Source of the DNA: an uncultured Veillonellaceae bacterium
Lineage (GTDB): Bacteria; Bacillota; Negativicutes; JARBTT01
Length of the DNA stretch: 64,000 nt
Assembly (NCBI GenBank): GCA_963805085.1
Contig: CAWDTA010000002.1
Coordinates: 1,088,001 to 1,152,000, forward strand
Direction: 5' to 3'
The position numbers and the translations under genes were made by a program. Numbering within the stretch: position 1 is the first letter of the stretch; each line of letters opens with the position of its first letter. The notes under the pieces were generated by a model. The model ran no database searches and was not told the DNA's origin. It was given only the letters and a program-made list of their open reading frames with translations. Below are positions 9,903 through 21,736 of this stretch, piece after piece.

Positions 9903-12325
9903 TCAGCTATTTTCTATTATCTCCACGTTGGCGAAAGGTATGGACGGATATATGGGGCAATAAGCTGCGAACGATTTTAGTGGTACTGTCTATCTCAGTT
10001 GGGGTGTTTGCAGTTGGGATGGTTTACAGTTCCTATTTGATGTTCCAACGGGATCTGGCCATTAGTTGGCGGACAGCGTCACCAGCTAATGCCAGCTTGA
10101 TTGCGGATCCTTTTGATGAGGAATTGGTACAGGCCATCCGAAGCATGAAGAGTATTAAAGAGGCTGAGGGGCGGCGTAACGTCAACTTGCGGGTTAGTAC
10201 CAGTGATGGTCAGTGGAGCCAGCTGGTTTTGGTTGCGATTCCAGACTATGTTAAGCAAAAAGTTAATGTGGTGCGTCATCTATCCGGAGCTTGGCCGCCG
10301 GGGGATGGTGATGTTCTATTGGAGCGGTCATCTGTGAATGAACTAGGGGTAAAACAAGGTGATAGAATTATAGTCGAGACTTCCACTGGACGTAAACGAT
10401 CTATGAAAGTGGCCGGGACTGTATATGATCCGAGTCAGATCCCAAGCTTGTTCAGCGGAAACTATTATGGCTATATCAGCATGGACACCCTAGATAAATT
10501 GGACGAGGCGCGTCAATTGGATCAAGTTAATTTAGTAGTCGAACCTTGGGTACTGCAAGGTAAAAATACGGAGCCAATCAAAACAGTAGGACGGCAGGCT
10601 TGGAGAAAACTTGAACAGGGTGACACGCTTGTATCGTGGCTGCAGGTAAATACACCAGAAGAACATCAAATGCAGGGGGCTATCAATGCGCTATTGCTAT
10701 TGCTGGCAGTATTAGGGGGATTGTCGTTGCTGCTGGGAACTTTCTTGCTGGTGAATACGATATCAGCTATATTAGCCCAGCAGGTGCGCCAAGTTGGCAT
10801 TATGAAATCTATTGGGGCGCGCAACGATCAGATTTTACGGATGTATTTGAGCCTTGTAGGGGCGTATGGAATTTTGGCATTGCTGGTGGCAGCACCATTA
10901 GGTGCTTTGGCAGCCAGTATGGTGACTAGCATTATCTCTGGAATGTTCAATTTTGATTCTGGTGGATTGGAATTACCAGCTAGGGTCATCATGCTGGAAA
11001 TAATGGTGGCCATTCTGGTGCCATTGTTAGCAGCATTGGGACCAATCTGGCATGGAACAGGTGTAACTGTTAGAGAAGCGATAAATGATTATGGTATCAG
11101 TGGCATTCAGGCAAGGGGAAGGATGGATCGTTGGGTTGATGCTGCTTTAGAACGGCTAAAAAAGCTGCCAAGACCAGTTGTATTGTCACTTCGAAATACC
11201 TTTAGACGTAAAGGTAGACTAGTACTTACCTTGTTGACATTAACTGTTGCTGGCACGGTATTTATGGCAGTGTTCTCTGTCCGTTTGTCTTTGGATTCAA
11301 CATTAGACCAAGCACTGGATTACTTTAATTATGACGTTTCAGTGCAATTTACCCAGAGTTATCGGTCTAGCAGAATTGAGCAGGAGGTATTACAGGTGCC
11401 CGGAGTTAAGGCGGTTGAATGTTGGGGACGAACCTCAGGACGAGTGTTGGAAGATGAGACAAAGGGGGCTGAAGCTAGTAAGAATGTGTTTATTCTAGCT
11501 CCGCCAGTCAACACAAAGATGATTAGCCCCCAGCTTATCGAGGGGCGTTGGCTTTTACCCAATGATGAAAGTGCTTTGGTAGTGAATACTGAGGTTTTGA
11601 AAGACAGTCCACAGCTAAAGGTAGGCGAAGTGGCTGTGGTTATGGTTGGGGATCGCAAATTGCGATTCACGGTGGTTGGTGTTGTCCAGGGAATTTTAGC
11701 TGGACCTATTGTTTATGCTCCATACGACTGGTTTACTGGAGCGGTGCAAGAGACTGGACGAGCTCGTTCAGTGCAGATTGCGGCTAATTCATCGGATATT
11801 AAAGAACAAAGTGCTTTAGGTAGAGCGGTAGAAAAGCAATTGAAAAAAAATAGTCTGCGTATTCAAAATGCAAGTATTACTTGGGAACAGAAAAAACGTA
11901 TTCGGTCTCAATTTGATATCATTACTACATTTCTGCTTATTATGGCGATATTGTTGGCAGTGGTTGGGGCACTGGGATTGGCAGGCACTATGGGAATTAA
12001 TGTACTGGAAAGAACTAGGGAGATCGGTGTGATGCGATCTATTGGCGCTTCAAGTGTGGACATCGGCAAGGTATTTGTGGTGGAAGCTTTATGTATCGGT
12101 CTGCTCAGCTGGATAGCGGGGATGGTTTTGGCCGTACCAGTGGCGTGGATGCTAAGTCAGGAAGTAGGGATATTGTTTCTGAAAAATCCTTTGGCTTTTT
12201 CATTCAGTTTTCAAGGGGTTGGCATTTGGTTAGGATTATCGACTATGTTATCGATAGTTGCAAGCTTATTGCCAGCATGGAATGCGGCTCGGCTAAGTGT
12301 GCGGGATGTACTAAGTTATGAATAA
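9899..12325 (+). CDS. ABC transporter permease, FtsX/MacB-like, with duplicated periplasmic and TM halves
   Basis: Two repeats of N-terminal TM, extracytoplasmic domain and three TMs; motifs [11 protein letters not shown] and [11 protein letters not shown]; ATGA overlap with the ATPase gene. Confidence 0.92.
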   Translation: MISYFLLSPRWRKVWTDIWGNKLRTILVVLSISVGVFAVGMVYSSYLMFQRDLAISWRTASPANASLIADPFDEELVQAIRSMKSIKEAEGRRNVNLRVSTSDGQWSQLVLVAIPDYVKQKVNVVRHLSGAWPPGDGDVLLERSSVNELGVKQGDRIIVETSTGRKRSMKVAGTVYDPSQIPSLFSGNYYGYISMDTLDKLDEARQLDQVNLVVEPWVLQGKNTEPIKTVGRQAWRKLEQGDTLVSWLQVNTPEEHQMQGAINALLLLLAVLGGLSLLLGTFLLVNTISAILAQQVRQVGIMKSIGARNDQILRMYLSLVGAYGILALLVAAPLGALAASMVTSIISGMFNFDSGGLELPARVIMLEIMVAILVPLLAALGPIWHGTGVTVREAINDYGISGIQARGRMDRWVDAALERLKKLPRPVVLSLRNTFRRKGRLVLTLLTLTVAGTVFMAVFSVRLSLDSTLDQALDYFNYDVSVQFTQSYRSSRIEQEVLQVPGVKAVECWGRTSGRVLEDETKGAEASKNVFILAPPVNTKMISPQLIEGRWLLPNDESALVVNTEVLKDSPQLKVGEVAVVMVGDRKLRFTVVGVVQGILAGPIVYAPYDWFTGAVQETGRARSVQIAANSSDIKEQSALGRAVEKQLKKNSLRIQNASITWEQKKRIRSQFDIITTFLLIMAILLAVVGALGLAGTMGINVLERTREIGVMRSIGASSVDIGKVFVVEALCIGLLSWIAGMVLAVPVAWMLSQEVGILFLKNPLAFSFSFQGVGIWLGLSTMLSIVASLLPAWNAARLSVRDVLSYE

Positions 12326-12349
12326 TATGATACAAAGGGAGACTTTTAT

Positions 12350-13243
12350 ATGGCAATGATAAAACGACATTGGCTGCTGTACTTGTTAGTGATCGCGGTA
12401 TTAGCTGTAGGCGTAGGCTCGTGGTCTTTTTTTAATAGTCGTCAAGGACAAACGAAAGACATACCGGTGGTAAAAGCCGATGATAGGGTATTGGCAGAAG
12501 GCATAGTATATCCGGTACATTATGCCGAGATGTCAATGCCTGTCGAAGGAACGATTGGTGAAATACTGATCAAAGAAGGGGATAATGTGGTGGCAGGACA
12601 ACCTATTATCCGGTTAGTGCGTGAAGATTATCAAGAACGGGTGGGGAGTGATCGATCAAACGTGGCTGGAGCTGTTGCTGCTGTGGAGCAAGCGCGTGTA
12701 AATGTGGCAGATGCAGAACGGGAATTGCGGCGTCAGCAGCGACTTGAAAATGCCGGAGCGGCAACTAGACAGAAAATCGAACAGGCCCAGATGGAGGTAG
12801 AACGAAAGAGGGCAGCCTTGACTCAGGCTCAGGCAGATGTAAGTGTAAGAGAAGGAAAGGTCTCAGAATCTCAAAAAGTATTAGATAAGGCAGAAATAAG
12901 GGCACCGATAAATGGAACAGTGGTCTTCTTGGATGTGAAGGTAGGCGAACATGCCACTACGGGTAAAGTGCTGGTGCGGATTGCTGACGAATCGGGCTGG
13001 GAGGTACGCAGCGATGATTTAACAGAATTGGCTATAGCTAAGCTTAAGATCGGGGATGCAGTGAATTTGACCTTTGATGGTATACCAGAACTGGATATTC
13101 CAGGAAGGATAAAGTTCATCCGTTCTTATGGAGAGAAAAAAAGAGGCGATATGACTTACACGGTATTCATTGCTCCAGAACAGTGGGATAATCGATTGCG
13201 TTGGAATATGACTGCACAAATAGCCATTTCGCCGTCTGAATAA
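12350..13243 (+). CDS. Efflux membrane-fusion (periplasmic adaptor) protein, HlyD/MacA family
   Basis: N-terminal TM anchor; lipoyl-like halves (GTIGEILIKEGDNV; IRAPINGTV); coiled-coil hairpin. Confidence 0.9.
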   Translation: MAMIKRHWLLYLLVIAVLAVGVGSWSFFNSRQGQTKDIPVVKADDRVLAEGIVYPVHYAEMSMPVEGTIGEILIKEGDNVVAGQPIIRLVREDYQERVGSDRSNVAGAVAAVEQARVNVADAERELRRQQRLENAGAATRQKIEQAQMEVERKRAALTQAQADVSVREGKVSESQKVLDKAEIRAPINGTVVFLDVKVGEHATTGKVLVRIADESGWEVRSDDLTELAIAKLKIGDAVNLTFDGIPELDIPGRIKFIRSYGEKKRGDMTYTVFIAPEQWDNRLRWNMTAQIAISPSE

Positions 13244-13286
13244 GATTATCGACAGTTTTTATAATCATTTATCGAGGAGGCGTAAC

Positions 13287-14612
13287 ATGGTAAGACAACA
13301 AATATGGAGAAAATATTTACTTGCAGTACTGATTGGAGGAATACTCCTAGTAAATCCTTCGTATGTATTGGCAGCTCCCTTAGAATTATCGATTGCTGAT
13401 AGTGTCGCTTTGGCGTTTAAAAATAGTCCCAGTGTAAGAATGACGGAAGATGATAAAGTAATTTCAAATTGGGCAATTGCTGAGGCAAAGGCGAATTTTG
13501 GTCCTAGTATTAAGTATTCACATAAGGATACTCGGACGGGAATCCCGCAATATTCATTAGGACAGTATCTATCCGGTACACCGTTTGCTGATATTGCATT
13601 TGGTGGTATATATAATTCATTCGGAAATACAATCAGCGTTAGCGTGCCTCTTTATACGGGAGGGGGATTAGAAGGAAAACTTGAGAAAGCGAAAAAAAAT
13701 CTTCAGGTTGCCGATCTTGAAGTTGAGAAGAATAAGCAGCAGCTTAAGCTTGACACGACAACTGCTTATTTTGATGTTTTGGGAGCACTTAATCAGTTAC
13801 GAGTGAATCAAGAATCTCTTGATAATCTCACAGCGCATTTGAAAAGTGTTCAGGCACAGTATGAAGAAGGTGTAGTAAATAAAGCTGACGTCCTCCGTTC
13901 TCAGGTTGAAGTGATAAATGCTCAGCAAGATGTTATGGTAGCCAACAATAAATACAACTTGGCAATGGTTAGTTTAAAAAAAGTGATGAGTTTACCCCTT
14001 ACTAGTGAGATTAAGTTAAAAGATGATTTAAACTATCAACAATATAAGGCTACTGTTGATGAGTGTGTAACATATGCATTAGAGAATCGTCCAGATGTCA
14101 TACAAGGGCAAACTAAAATTGATATTGCAAAGAGTGAGGTAAAAGTGGCTAAAAGCAATAATTCGCCGCAAGTTAGTTTCACTGGTAGCAATAATTGGGA
14201 TACCGATAGTTTTCCTGGTTGGAAACAAGACTATTGGATGGTGAGTCTTACCGCCTCAATCAATGTATTTGATTCTGGGCTTACGAAAGCAAAGGTGAAA
14301 GGAGCAGAAAGTTCCGTAGATAAGGCACAGGACGGAATCGAGCAGATACGAGAAACTGCGGCTCTCGAAGTAAGCCAAGCTTATTTAAATCTAAAGGTAG
14401 CAGAAGAACGAATTGAGACAAGCAAAAATGCTGTAGATAAGGCGCAAGAAGCATTTAGAATTAATGAGATTTGCTATGAAGAAGGTGTAGGCAAAAATTT
14501 AGATGTTATTGATGCTCAATTGGCGTTGGTTAAGGCTAAGACTAATTATAATCAAGCACTATATGACTATAATAGCAGCAAAGCAAAATTGGATAAAGCA
14601 ATGGGTATTTAA
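13287..14612 (+). CDS. tolC: TolC-family outer-membrane efflux protein
   Basis: Signal peptide; two OEP repeats (PLYTGG...YFDVL; VFDSG...AYLNL; YEEGV..LDVIDAQ); follows the MFP gene. Confidence 0.9.
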   Translation: MVRQQIWRKYLLAVLIGGILLVNPSYVLAAPLELSIADSVALAFKNSPSVRMTEDDKVISNWAIAEAKANFGPSIKYSHKDTRTGIPQYSLGQYLSGTPFADIAFGGIYNSFGNTISVSVPLYTGGGLEGKLEKAKKNLQVADLEVEKNKQQLKLDTTTAYFDVLGALNQLRVNQESLDNLTAHLKSVQAQYEEGVVNKADVLRSQVEVINAQQDVMVANNKYNLAMVSLKKVMSLPLTSEIKLKDDLNYQQYKATVDECVTYALENRPDVIQGQTKIDIAKSEVKVAKSNNSPQVSFTGSNNWDTDSFPGWKQDYWMVSLTASINVFDSGLTKAKVKGAESSVDKAQDGIEQIRETAALEVSQAYLNLKVAEERIETSKNAVDKAQEAFRINEICYEEGVGKNLDVIDAQLALVKAKTNYNQALYDYNSSKAKLDKAMGI

Positions 14613-14654
14613 TTAAAATGGAATGAAACGAAAAATCTAAAAGGGTGGATAATT

Positions 14655-15653
14655 TTGATAGGAAAAAATGTAACGGGTATGGCGGTGGAAATCAACAATC
14701 TTAGCAAAAGTTTCAAGAAAAGCAGTGGAACTCAGTTTATAGCGGTTGATAATATTAATCTTGGTGTACATAAGGGTGAAGTATTCGGATTTCTAGGATC
14801 AAATGGTGCAGGCAAAACTACGACGATAAAAATGATGTGTGGTCTAGTAACACCAACAACTGGACGGATATTGCTTAATGGCTGTGATGTTGGACTAGAA
14901 CATGGCGAAGCCATGCGGCAAATCGGTGTGGTATTAGAAGGAACGAGAAATATCTATTGGCCTTTGACCGCGTGGCAAAATATAATGTACTTTGGAAATT
15001 TAAAGGGCTGTTCAAGAAAAGATAGTAAGGAGCGGGGGGAAGCGCTCCTTAAAGAATTGGAACTTTGGGATAGGCGTAATGATATCATACGGAATTTTTC
15101 ACGGGGAATGCAGCAGAGAATTGCGATTGCTTGTGCTTTGATTGCTGATCCTTCTATTCTGATTTTCGATGAACCGACGCTAGGACTTGATGTGGAAGCG
15201 ACGCAGATCATGAAAGCATTGTTAAAGCGATTAGCGCAAGATTATAAAAAAACGATAATCATTACTTCGCATCAGTTGGACGTAGTGCAAGAGCTTTGTG
15301 AGCGCGTCGTTATTATGCATAAAGGGAAAATAATCGCTGATAAGAATCTTAATGAATTACTTATGCTTTTTGGACAGAATTATTACCAGATTAAGATAAG
15401 GGGAACATTCGATGGTTTTAGAGATGATGAGCTAAAGAATTTCATTATCAAAGAGGAAGAAGGGACTACTTTATTGACTGGATTGATTGAGAGTCAAACA
15501 AAATTATATAGTTGGCTTGATAAAATCAGAGAACAGGGAATGGCGTTAATTTCTGTATCTCCTTTAGAACCAGATTTAGAAGAAGTATTTTTAAAACTGG
15601 TAAAAAACGAAAGGGAGAGTGATAATCGTGAAAACATTAAAAATTATGCTTAA
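14655..15653 (+). CDS. ABC-2 type exporter ATP-binding protein
   Basis: GSNGAGKTT, FSRGMQQR, DEPTLGLD, SH switch, C-terminal LEEVFL. Confidence 0.93.
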   Translation: MIGKNVTGMAVEINNLSKSFKKSSGTQFIAVDNINLGVHKGEVFGFLGSNGAGKTTTIKMMCGLVTPTTGRILLNGCDVGLEHGEAMRQIGVVLEGTRNIYWPLTAWQNIMYFGNLKGCSRKDSKERGEALLKELELWDRRNDIIRNFSRGMQQRIAIACALIADPSILIFDEPTLGLDVEATQIMKALLKRLAQDYKKTIIITSHQLDVVQELCERVVIMHKGKIIADKNLNELLMLFGQNYYQIKIRGTFDGFRDDELKNFIIKEEEGTTLLTGLIESQTKLYSWLDKIREQGMALISVSPLEPDLEEVFLKLVKNERESDNRENIKNYA

Positions 15654-16413
15654 TGAAACATATAAAGGCTTACTTATTGCCTGGAACTATAAATTTGAAA
15701 CTTTTTTGCAACTGGTAATGATGGGGGTCATCTTTATTGGTATAGGTTTTATTATCGGCGGAGGAAAGTTGAGCACAGAAAAGCTTGCCTATACGCTAGT
15801 TGGTTATTCGATATGGCTATATTCTTCAATTGTCATTTCTGGTATGTGTCGTGAGTTATTAGGAGAAGCCCAAGCGGGGACATTAGAACAAATTTTTATG
15901 AGCCCTGTTTCTGTGTCACTCATATTAATCGGTCGATCTTTTTCCACATTAATTACGGCGACAATCAATATTTTATTATTTATAATAGTCATCGTATGGG
16001 GAATGGAAATTAATATTTCCGTACCATGGCGAACCCTTGTTATTTTTGTTCTTACTATGGCAGGATTATTTGGTTTTGGTTTCGTAATTGCTGGCTTAAC
16101 CTTGATTTTTAAGCGAGTTGGTGAACTTGCAGGGCTAACGACAAATGCATTACTTTTCTTGAATGGCTCTATGTTACCTGTTGAGCAATTTCCCAAATGG
16201 CTGGCTTTATTCGCCAAGACGTTACCAACGACCCAAGGGATTAGCTTACTACGTGATACTCTATTGGATATGAAACTCTTAAATGATTTATGGCAAGATG
16301 GCAGCCTGATATTGCTTTGTTGCCAGTCTATCATTTATTTTGGGGGTGGACTCCTGATTTTCATCTTGTGTGTAAGAAGAGCGAAACTTCAAGGAACATT
16401 AGGACATTACTAA
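15619..16413 (+). CDS. ABC-2 type exporter permease
   Basis: About 6 TM segments; EAQAGTLEQIFMSP motif; overlaps the ATPase gene. Confidence 0.88.
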   Translation: MIIVKTLKIMLNETYKGLLIAWNYKFETFLQLVMMGVIFIGIGFIIGGGKLSTEKLAYTLVGYSIWLYSSIVISGMCRELLGEAQAGTLEQIFMSPVSVSLILIGRSFSTLITATINILLFIIVIVWGMEINISVPWRTLVIFVLTMAGLFGFGFVIAGLTLIFKRVGELAGLTTNALLFLNGSMLPVEQFPKWLALFAKTLPTTQGISLLRDTLLDMKLLNDLWQDGSLILLCCQSIIYFGGGLLIFILCVRRAKLQGTLGHY

Positions 16414-16499
16414 ATCGATTCTAAAAAAATGAATGTAACATTACTAGGAGTATAAAATACTTTTTTTATGCTCAATGTAAAAAAAATAGGGGTGAAGCG

Positions 16500-17240
16500 A
16501 TGGAAAAGATTGTTATCATTGGTGCAACGTCTGGGATTGGAAAAGAGTTAGCTGAAATATTTTCTTATCAAGGTAATGCAGTAGGATTGGTCGGACGAAG
16601 AGAAGGATTGCTATATAAAATTGCTGATGAGATACCAAATAAAGCTTATGTAAAAGTAATCGACATTTCAGTTGTTGATGATGCCACAAAGAAATTAGAA
16701 GAATTGCTGTCAGAAATGGGCGAAATAGATGTCATCGTTGTAAATGCTGGAGTTGGACTGTTTAATTTCGAGTTAGATTGGTCAATAGAGAAGAAAACGA
16801 TTGATACGAATATCTATGGTTTTGCGGCAATGTGTGATGTTGCTATGAAATATTTTGTAAAACAAGGCAAGGGACATTTAGTGGGGATATCTTCAATTGA
16901 TGCTATCAGAGGAAATGGGTGCGCTCCTGCTTATGCAGCATCAAAGGCTTTTGTAGCAAATTATTTGGAGGGGCTTCGTTTTTGGGCACGAGCAAAAAAA
17001 ATCCCAATAAATGTAACGGAAATACAACCTGGGTTTGTTGAAACACCTATGACTAACGGGAGAAAAGGACTTTGGCCAGCATCGGCTCAAAGAGCAGCAA
17101 AGCAGATATATGAAGCCATTATTAATAAAAAAAATCACGTATATGTAACAAAACGATGGTGTTTAGTCGCTTGGATTATGAAACTTTTACCTGGAGGGAT
17201 GCTGGGAAAATTTTATGAACGATATAAGCCAGAAACGTAA
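16500..17240 (+). CDS. Short-chain dehydrogenase/reductase (classical SDR)
   Basis: GATSGIG Rossmann motif, NAG, catalytic S...YAASK, PGFVET. Confidence 0.92.
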   Translation: MEKIVIIGATSGIGKELAEIFSYQGNAVGLVGRREGLLYKIADEIPNKAYVKVIDISVVDDATKKLEELLSEMGEIDVIVVNAGVGLFNFELDWSIEKKTIDTNIYGFAAMCDVAMKYFVKQGKGHLVGISSIDAIRGNGCAPAYAASKAFVANYLEGLRFWARAKKIPINVTEIQPGFVETPMTNGRKGLWPASAQRAAKQIYEAIINKKNHVYVTKRWCLVAWIMKLLPGGMLGKFYERYKPET

Positions 17241-17376
17241 AAATCCTTTGAGGATAGAAAGATCACGAGTCTCGTATAAGGAATATTTTTGGTGCCCCAA
17301 TATAGTATTGTTGCTGGAAAATGTTTGGGGGCTGCCCTGAAAACTTAATCACTAAAACTTATTTCAGGGTAACACA

Positions 17377-17412
17377 AAACCTCGCATATTCATTATGCGA
17401 GGTTTACATTTT
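17377..17412 (+). terminator. Intrinsic terminator-like hairpin ending the NRPS/export operon
   Basis: 12-bp perfect stem AAACCTCGCATA / TATGCGAGGTTT with a 5-nt loop, followed by ACATTTT. Confidence 0.6.
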
Positions 17413-17653
17413 AGATTCCACTAGAATCGGTAATTATTTTAGTAGTCCATGTACTAATCAGTATCTTTAACATTGTAAAAATTTTGTGCTAAAATCCTTG
17501 ATTGCGTGAAAAAGATAAAAATATGTTATTAAAATTATTTAAACAATATTGTAATATATTTAAATAAATGGTAATGTAATAATAAAATTATTTGTATTGT
17601 GTAATCTAGAATTTTGTGATTATATGTCTGTCAGCAATTGATTGAAGAAAAAG

Positions 17654-17671
17654 ATCAAGGCATGCCTTGAT
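17654..17671. promoter_or_regulatory. Perfect 18-bp palindrome upstream of the PKS cluster (candidate operator)
   Basis: ATCAAGGCATGCCTTGAT is its own reverse complement; 56 nt upstream of the start at 17728. Confidence 0.45.
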
Positions 17672-17727
17672 TAATAGAATCTTTTGGGCTTTTGAGAGAG
17701 TACTATTGAAGATAGGAGGGATACGTA

Positions 17728-18696
17728 TTGAGTAAACCTATTATTTTTATGTTTTCGGGTCAAGGATCTCAATATTACCATATGGGAAAAGAATTGTATT
17801 TTCAAAATAATGTATTTAGGCGTTGGATGGTAACACTAAACGATATAGTATATAAAAATGTAGGTATTTCAATTATTGATGAAATATACAATGAAAACAA
17901 AAAGAGAAGTGAACCATTTGATCAGCTTTTGTATACACATCCAGCTATTTTCATGATAGAGTATTCATTAGCTCGTACTTTAATAGAAAGTGGAGTGGAA
18001 CCTGATTATGTTTTAGGAGCAAGTTTAGGAGAGGTTACTTCAGCAACAGTTGCGGGTATGATTTCAATTGAAAAAACGATAGAATGTATCTTAAAACGGG
18101 CGGAATTAATTGAAAATTATTGTGAATTAGGAGGTATGATAGCGATAATTAACAATCAAGAACTATATCATCAAGTTCCTATATTTACACTTAATTCAGA
18201 ATTAGCAGCAGTTAATTATTCTTCCCATTTTGTTATTTCTGGTACTAGAAATAAGTTAATAAAAATTGAAGAATATTTAAAAGACAGAAATATTCTTTTT
18301 CAAACACTTCCCGTAAGATATGGTTTTCATTCTTCGAATATTGATTCCATAGAAAGTGAATATGAAAAATTCTTGTACAAGTCATCATTTAAAAAAGCTA
18401 AAATATCGGTTATATCTTGTTTAACAAGTGGATGTATTACCGAGGTTTCTCCCCAATTTTTTTGGGATGTTTCTAGGCAGCCAATTTATTTTCAAAAAAC
18501 CATATTAGAGCTTGAAAAAAAAGGACAATTTAATTATATTGATGTGGGACCATCTGGAACATTGGCTACTTTTGTGAAAAAAATTTTAAATAAGGATTCG
18601 GTATCTCAAATTTATGATATTTTAACTCCTTTTAGTCAGGGGATTAAAAAGCTTGAAAGATTAAAAGAACTTTTCAATGTAACTAAGATATCCTAA
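17728..18696 (+). CDS. pksD: Trans-AT PKS acyl hydrolase / proofreading acyltransferase (PksD/PedC-like)
   Basis: N-terminus FMFSGQGSQYYHMGKEL resembles B. subtilis PksD as recalled; active site GASLG and YGFHS; RBS AGGAGG before the TTG start. Confidence 0.8.
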   Translation: MSKPIIFMFSGQGSQYYHMGKELYFQNNVFRRWMVTLNDIVYKNVGISIIDEIYNENKKRSEPFDQLLYTHPAIFMIEYSLARTLIESGVEPDYVLGASLGEVTSATVAGMISIEKTIECILKRAELIENYCELGGMIAIINNQELYHQVPIFTLNSELAAVNYSSHFVISGTRNKLIKIEEYLKDRNILFQTLPVRYGFHSSNIDSIESEYEKFLYKSSFKKAKISVISCLTSGCITEVSPQFFWDVSRQPIYFQKTILELEKKGQFNYIDVGPSGTLATFVKKILNKDSVSQIYDILTPFSQGIKKLERLKELFNVTKIS

Positions 18697-18737
18697 TGCA
18701 GAGTCAAAACGTTTGTTATTGTAATACATTCAATATA

Positions 18738-18807
18738 CTTTAAAGAGAGAGCTTATCCAGGATTCTCATAATGAGCGTTCTGAATAAGCTCTCTCTCTTT
18801 TTAAAGT
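18738..18807 (+). terminator. Long hairpin with T-tract after the pksD-like gene
   Basis: AAAGAGAGAGCTTAT...ATAAGCTCTCTCTCTTTTT. Confidence 0.6.
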
Positions 18808-19291
18808 CCGGTAAAAAGGAATATCTCCAACAATAATTTTTTGACCAAGAGCTAGGTTGACGGTTGTCATTTAAATTTCTGAACAAACATTACCCGTTTC
18901 AGAACTGTTCCACATTTCGATCTTCTATCAATATCCAGCTTATTATACCATTTCCAGTTGATTAGAACATATTTCAAAAGGGATCTTAACTGTGATTGGT
19001 TTGCCAATATTGCCCCGATTTTAATTGACTGAAAAAGATTTTGCAAAAAAATAATAAAATATTAATAAAATATTAATGGAAAGTTAATGGAAAATTAAAA
19101 TTAAATACCATATTTGGACAAAATTTTCAAAAAAAATGATGTAATATGTAACTAGCACATAAAATAAATTAATTATTGAAACATTAGTGTAAAGAGTAAA
19201 ACTGATCTTTGGAGAAATAGACACGTAAAATTGCAATAGGGATGTGCTGAGCTGGAAAAAAATTATGGAGCAAAAAAACTAAACTCTATTT

Positions 19292-21646
19292 ATGAAAGGG
19301 GATAACAAAAGGATGGTTACATACGTTTTTCCGGGACAAGGATCTCAAACGAAAGGAATGGGTAATGGCTTATTTGATGAATTTGAAGAACTCACATTAC
19401 AGGCAGATGGTGTTTTGGGATATTCGATTAAGGAACTTTGCTTGGAAGACCCGAATCAAACAATTGGGATGACTCAGTATACTCAACCGGCTTTGTATGT
19501 TGTAAATGCATTGAGTTATTTACAAAAAGTGAATAATACCGGGGAAAAACCAGATTTCGTTGCTGGACATAGTTTAGGAGAGTATAATGCATTATTTGCG
19601 GCAGGCGCATTTGATTTTGCTACAGGATTAAAATTAGTACAAAAACGAGGAGAATTGATGAGCCATGCGATTGGCGGTGGAATGGCTGCCGTCATTGGAT
19701 TAACAGCAGAGCAAGTGGCTGATGCTCTGATAAGTAATGGCTTGGGAAATATAGATATCGCAAACTATAATTCTCCCACACAAATTGTTATTTCAGGCAA
19801 AAGAACCGATATTGAAAATGCACAGCCTATATTTGAAAGAGTTAAAGGCGTGAAAATGTATGTTATTCTAAAAACTAGTGGGGCATTTCATTCACGATAT
19901 ATGGAACAATCAAGAAAAGAATTCGAAGGTTTCATAAGTAACTTCCAATTCTCCGAATTAATGATTCCTGTAATCTCGAATTTTACCGCAAGGCCATATA
20001 AACAATCAGAAATTAGACAGAATTTAATTCAGCAAATCACCCATCCAGTTAAGTGGACAGAAAGCATTAGATATTTAATGGGATTAGGAGAAATGGATTT
20101 TGAGGAAATAGGTCCGGGAAAAGTTTTAAGTGGATTGGCTCGACGCATAGAAAATGAAGCAGAGCCTTTAATCGTTAGTCAAGATGAGCAGAGTATAGAT
20201 ACTCTAGTAAAAACCGCAGAAGAACATAACGTAGTACCTATTAAAAGTCATAAAACTGTAGCAAAAGAAGCGATTAGGGCAGAACAAAAGCTGATGTTAT
20301 CAGCTTCTTCATTAGGGAGTTTAGAGTTTAAAAAGGATTATGGCCTTAAATACGCTTATCTAACAGGTGGAATGTATCGAGGGGTTGCCTCGATAGACAT
20401 GGTAGTTAAAATGGGAAAGGCTGGTATGATGGGGTATCTTGGAACAGGTGGTTTACAGTTACCTGAAATTGAACAAGCAATTGAAAGCATTCAGCAGGGA
20501 CTATCCGCGGGTGAATCATATGGCATAAATTTATTACATAATCCGAATAATCCCGAAAAAGAAGAGCAAACTGTTGATATTTTTCTGAAACGTGGAGTTA
20601 AAAAAATTGAAGCTGCAGCCTTTTTGAATGTGACTCCAGCATTAGTTAAATATCGTGCCAAAGGCTTAAAATGCAATTTACAGGGAGAAATTTTAGTGCC
20701 CCAAAAAGTTATGGTCAAGGTCTCTCGTCCGGAAGTGGCGGCAGAATTCTTAACTCCGGCGCCGGAACGGATTGTGTCGAAATTGCTTGAGGACAATAAA
20801 ATTACAAAAGAAGAAGCAGAACTGTTAAAGAAAATTCCTATGGCCGATTATATTTGCGTTGAAGCTGATTCAGGCGGTCATACTGATGGCGGAGTGGCTT
20901 ATACATTAATGCCGGCTATGATTAAATTGCGCGATGAAATGATGAAAAAACATCAATACATTAAGAAAGTTGGAATTGGATCTGCAGGTGGGATTGGGAC
21001 ACCTGCAGCTGCAGCTGCAGCATTTATCTTAGGTGCAGATTTTATTCTGACAGGTTCAATTAACCAATGTACGGTAGAAGCGGCTACCAGCGATAATGTT
21101 AAGAATCTATTGCAACAAATGAATGTTCAAGACACTGAATATGTGCCTGCTGGAGATATGTTTGAAATCGGCGCTAAAGTGCAAGTGCTGAAAAAAGGAT
21201 TATTCTTTCCAGGGAGAGCAAATAAATTATATGAATTGTATCGGAAATATAATTCTCTAGATGAAATAGATGAGAAAACTAAGAAACAAATTCAGGAAAA
21301 ATATTTCAATAGAAGTTTTAAAGAAGTATATGAGGATGTTAAAAAGTATTATCCTCCTCAAGAAATCGAAAAGGCGGAGCGTAACCCAAAACATAAAATG
21401 GCGCTGATTTTTAGATGGTATTTTGGCTATAGTAGTCAACTTGCGTTAAAAGGAGATGAAAAAGGTAAAGTCGATTATCAAATTCACTGCGGGCCGGCAT
21501 TAGGCGCATTTAATCAATGGATTAAGGAAACACCTTTGGAAAATTGGCAGAATAGGCATGTTGATGGAATTGCGGAAAAAATAATGGCGGAAGCAGCAGT
21601 TTTATTAAATCAACGTTATAATACGTTGATGAAGAATTGTATTTAA
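19292..21646 (+). CDS. pksE: Trans-acting malonyl acyltransferase fused to a PfaD-type FMN enoyl reductase (PksE/BaeE-like); likely start 19313
   Basis: AT: FPGQGSQ, GHSLG, SGAFHS (malonyl type). ER: [38 protein letters not shown]. Confidence 0.9.
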   Translation: MKGDNKRMVTYVFPGQGSQTKGMGNGLFDEFEELTLQADGVLGYSIKELCLEDPNQTIGMTQYTQPALYVVNALSYLQKVNNTGEKPDFVAGHSLGEYNALFAAGAFDFATGLKLVQKRGELMSHAIGGGMAAVIGLTAEQVADALISNGLGNIDIANYNSPTQIVISGKRTDIENAQPIFERVKGVKMYVILKTSGAFHSRYMEQSRKEFEGFISNFQFSELMIPVISNFTARPYKQSEIRQNLIQQITHPVKWTESIRYLMGLGEMDFEEIGPGKVLSGLARRIENEAEPLIVSQDEQSIDTLVKTAEEHNVVPIKSHKTVAKEAIRAEQKLMLSASSLGSLEFKKDYGLKYAYLTGGMYRGVASIDMVVKMGKAGMMGYLGTGGLQLPEIEQAIESIQQGLSAGESYGINLLHNPNNPEKEEQTVDIFLKRGVKKIEAAAFLNVTPALVKYRAKGLKCNLQGEILVPQKVMVKVSRPEVAAEFLTPAPERIVSKLLEDNKITKEEAELLKKIPMADYICVEADSGGHTDGGVAYTLMPAMIKLRDEMMKKHQYIKKVGIGSAGGIGTPAAAAAAFILGADFILTGSINQCTVEAATSDNVKNLLQQMNVQDTEYVPAGDMFEIGAKVQVLKKGLFFPGRANKLYELYRKYNSLDEIDEKTKKQIQEKYFNRSFKEVYEDVKKYYPPQEIEKAERNPKHKMALIFRWYFGYSSQLALKGDEKGKVDYQIHCGPALGAFNQWIKETPLENWQNRHVDGIAEKIMAEAAVLLNQRYNTLMKNCI

Positions 21647-21668
21647 ATTCGGGTTCTTCACACTAGAC

Positions 21669-21736
21669 ATACAGAACCCTCCGAATAAACAAGTTGTACT
21701 TTAATTATACTTCCTGCTACTAGGAGGGTTCTGTAT
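21669..21736. other. 14-bp inverted repeat with 40-nt spacer
   Basis: ATACAGAACCCTCC ... GGAGGGTTCTGTAT. Confidence 0.6.
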
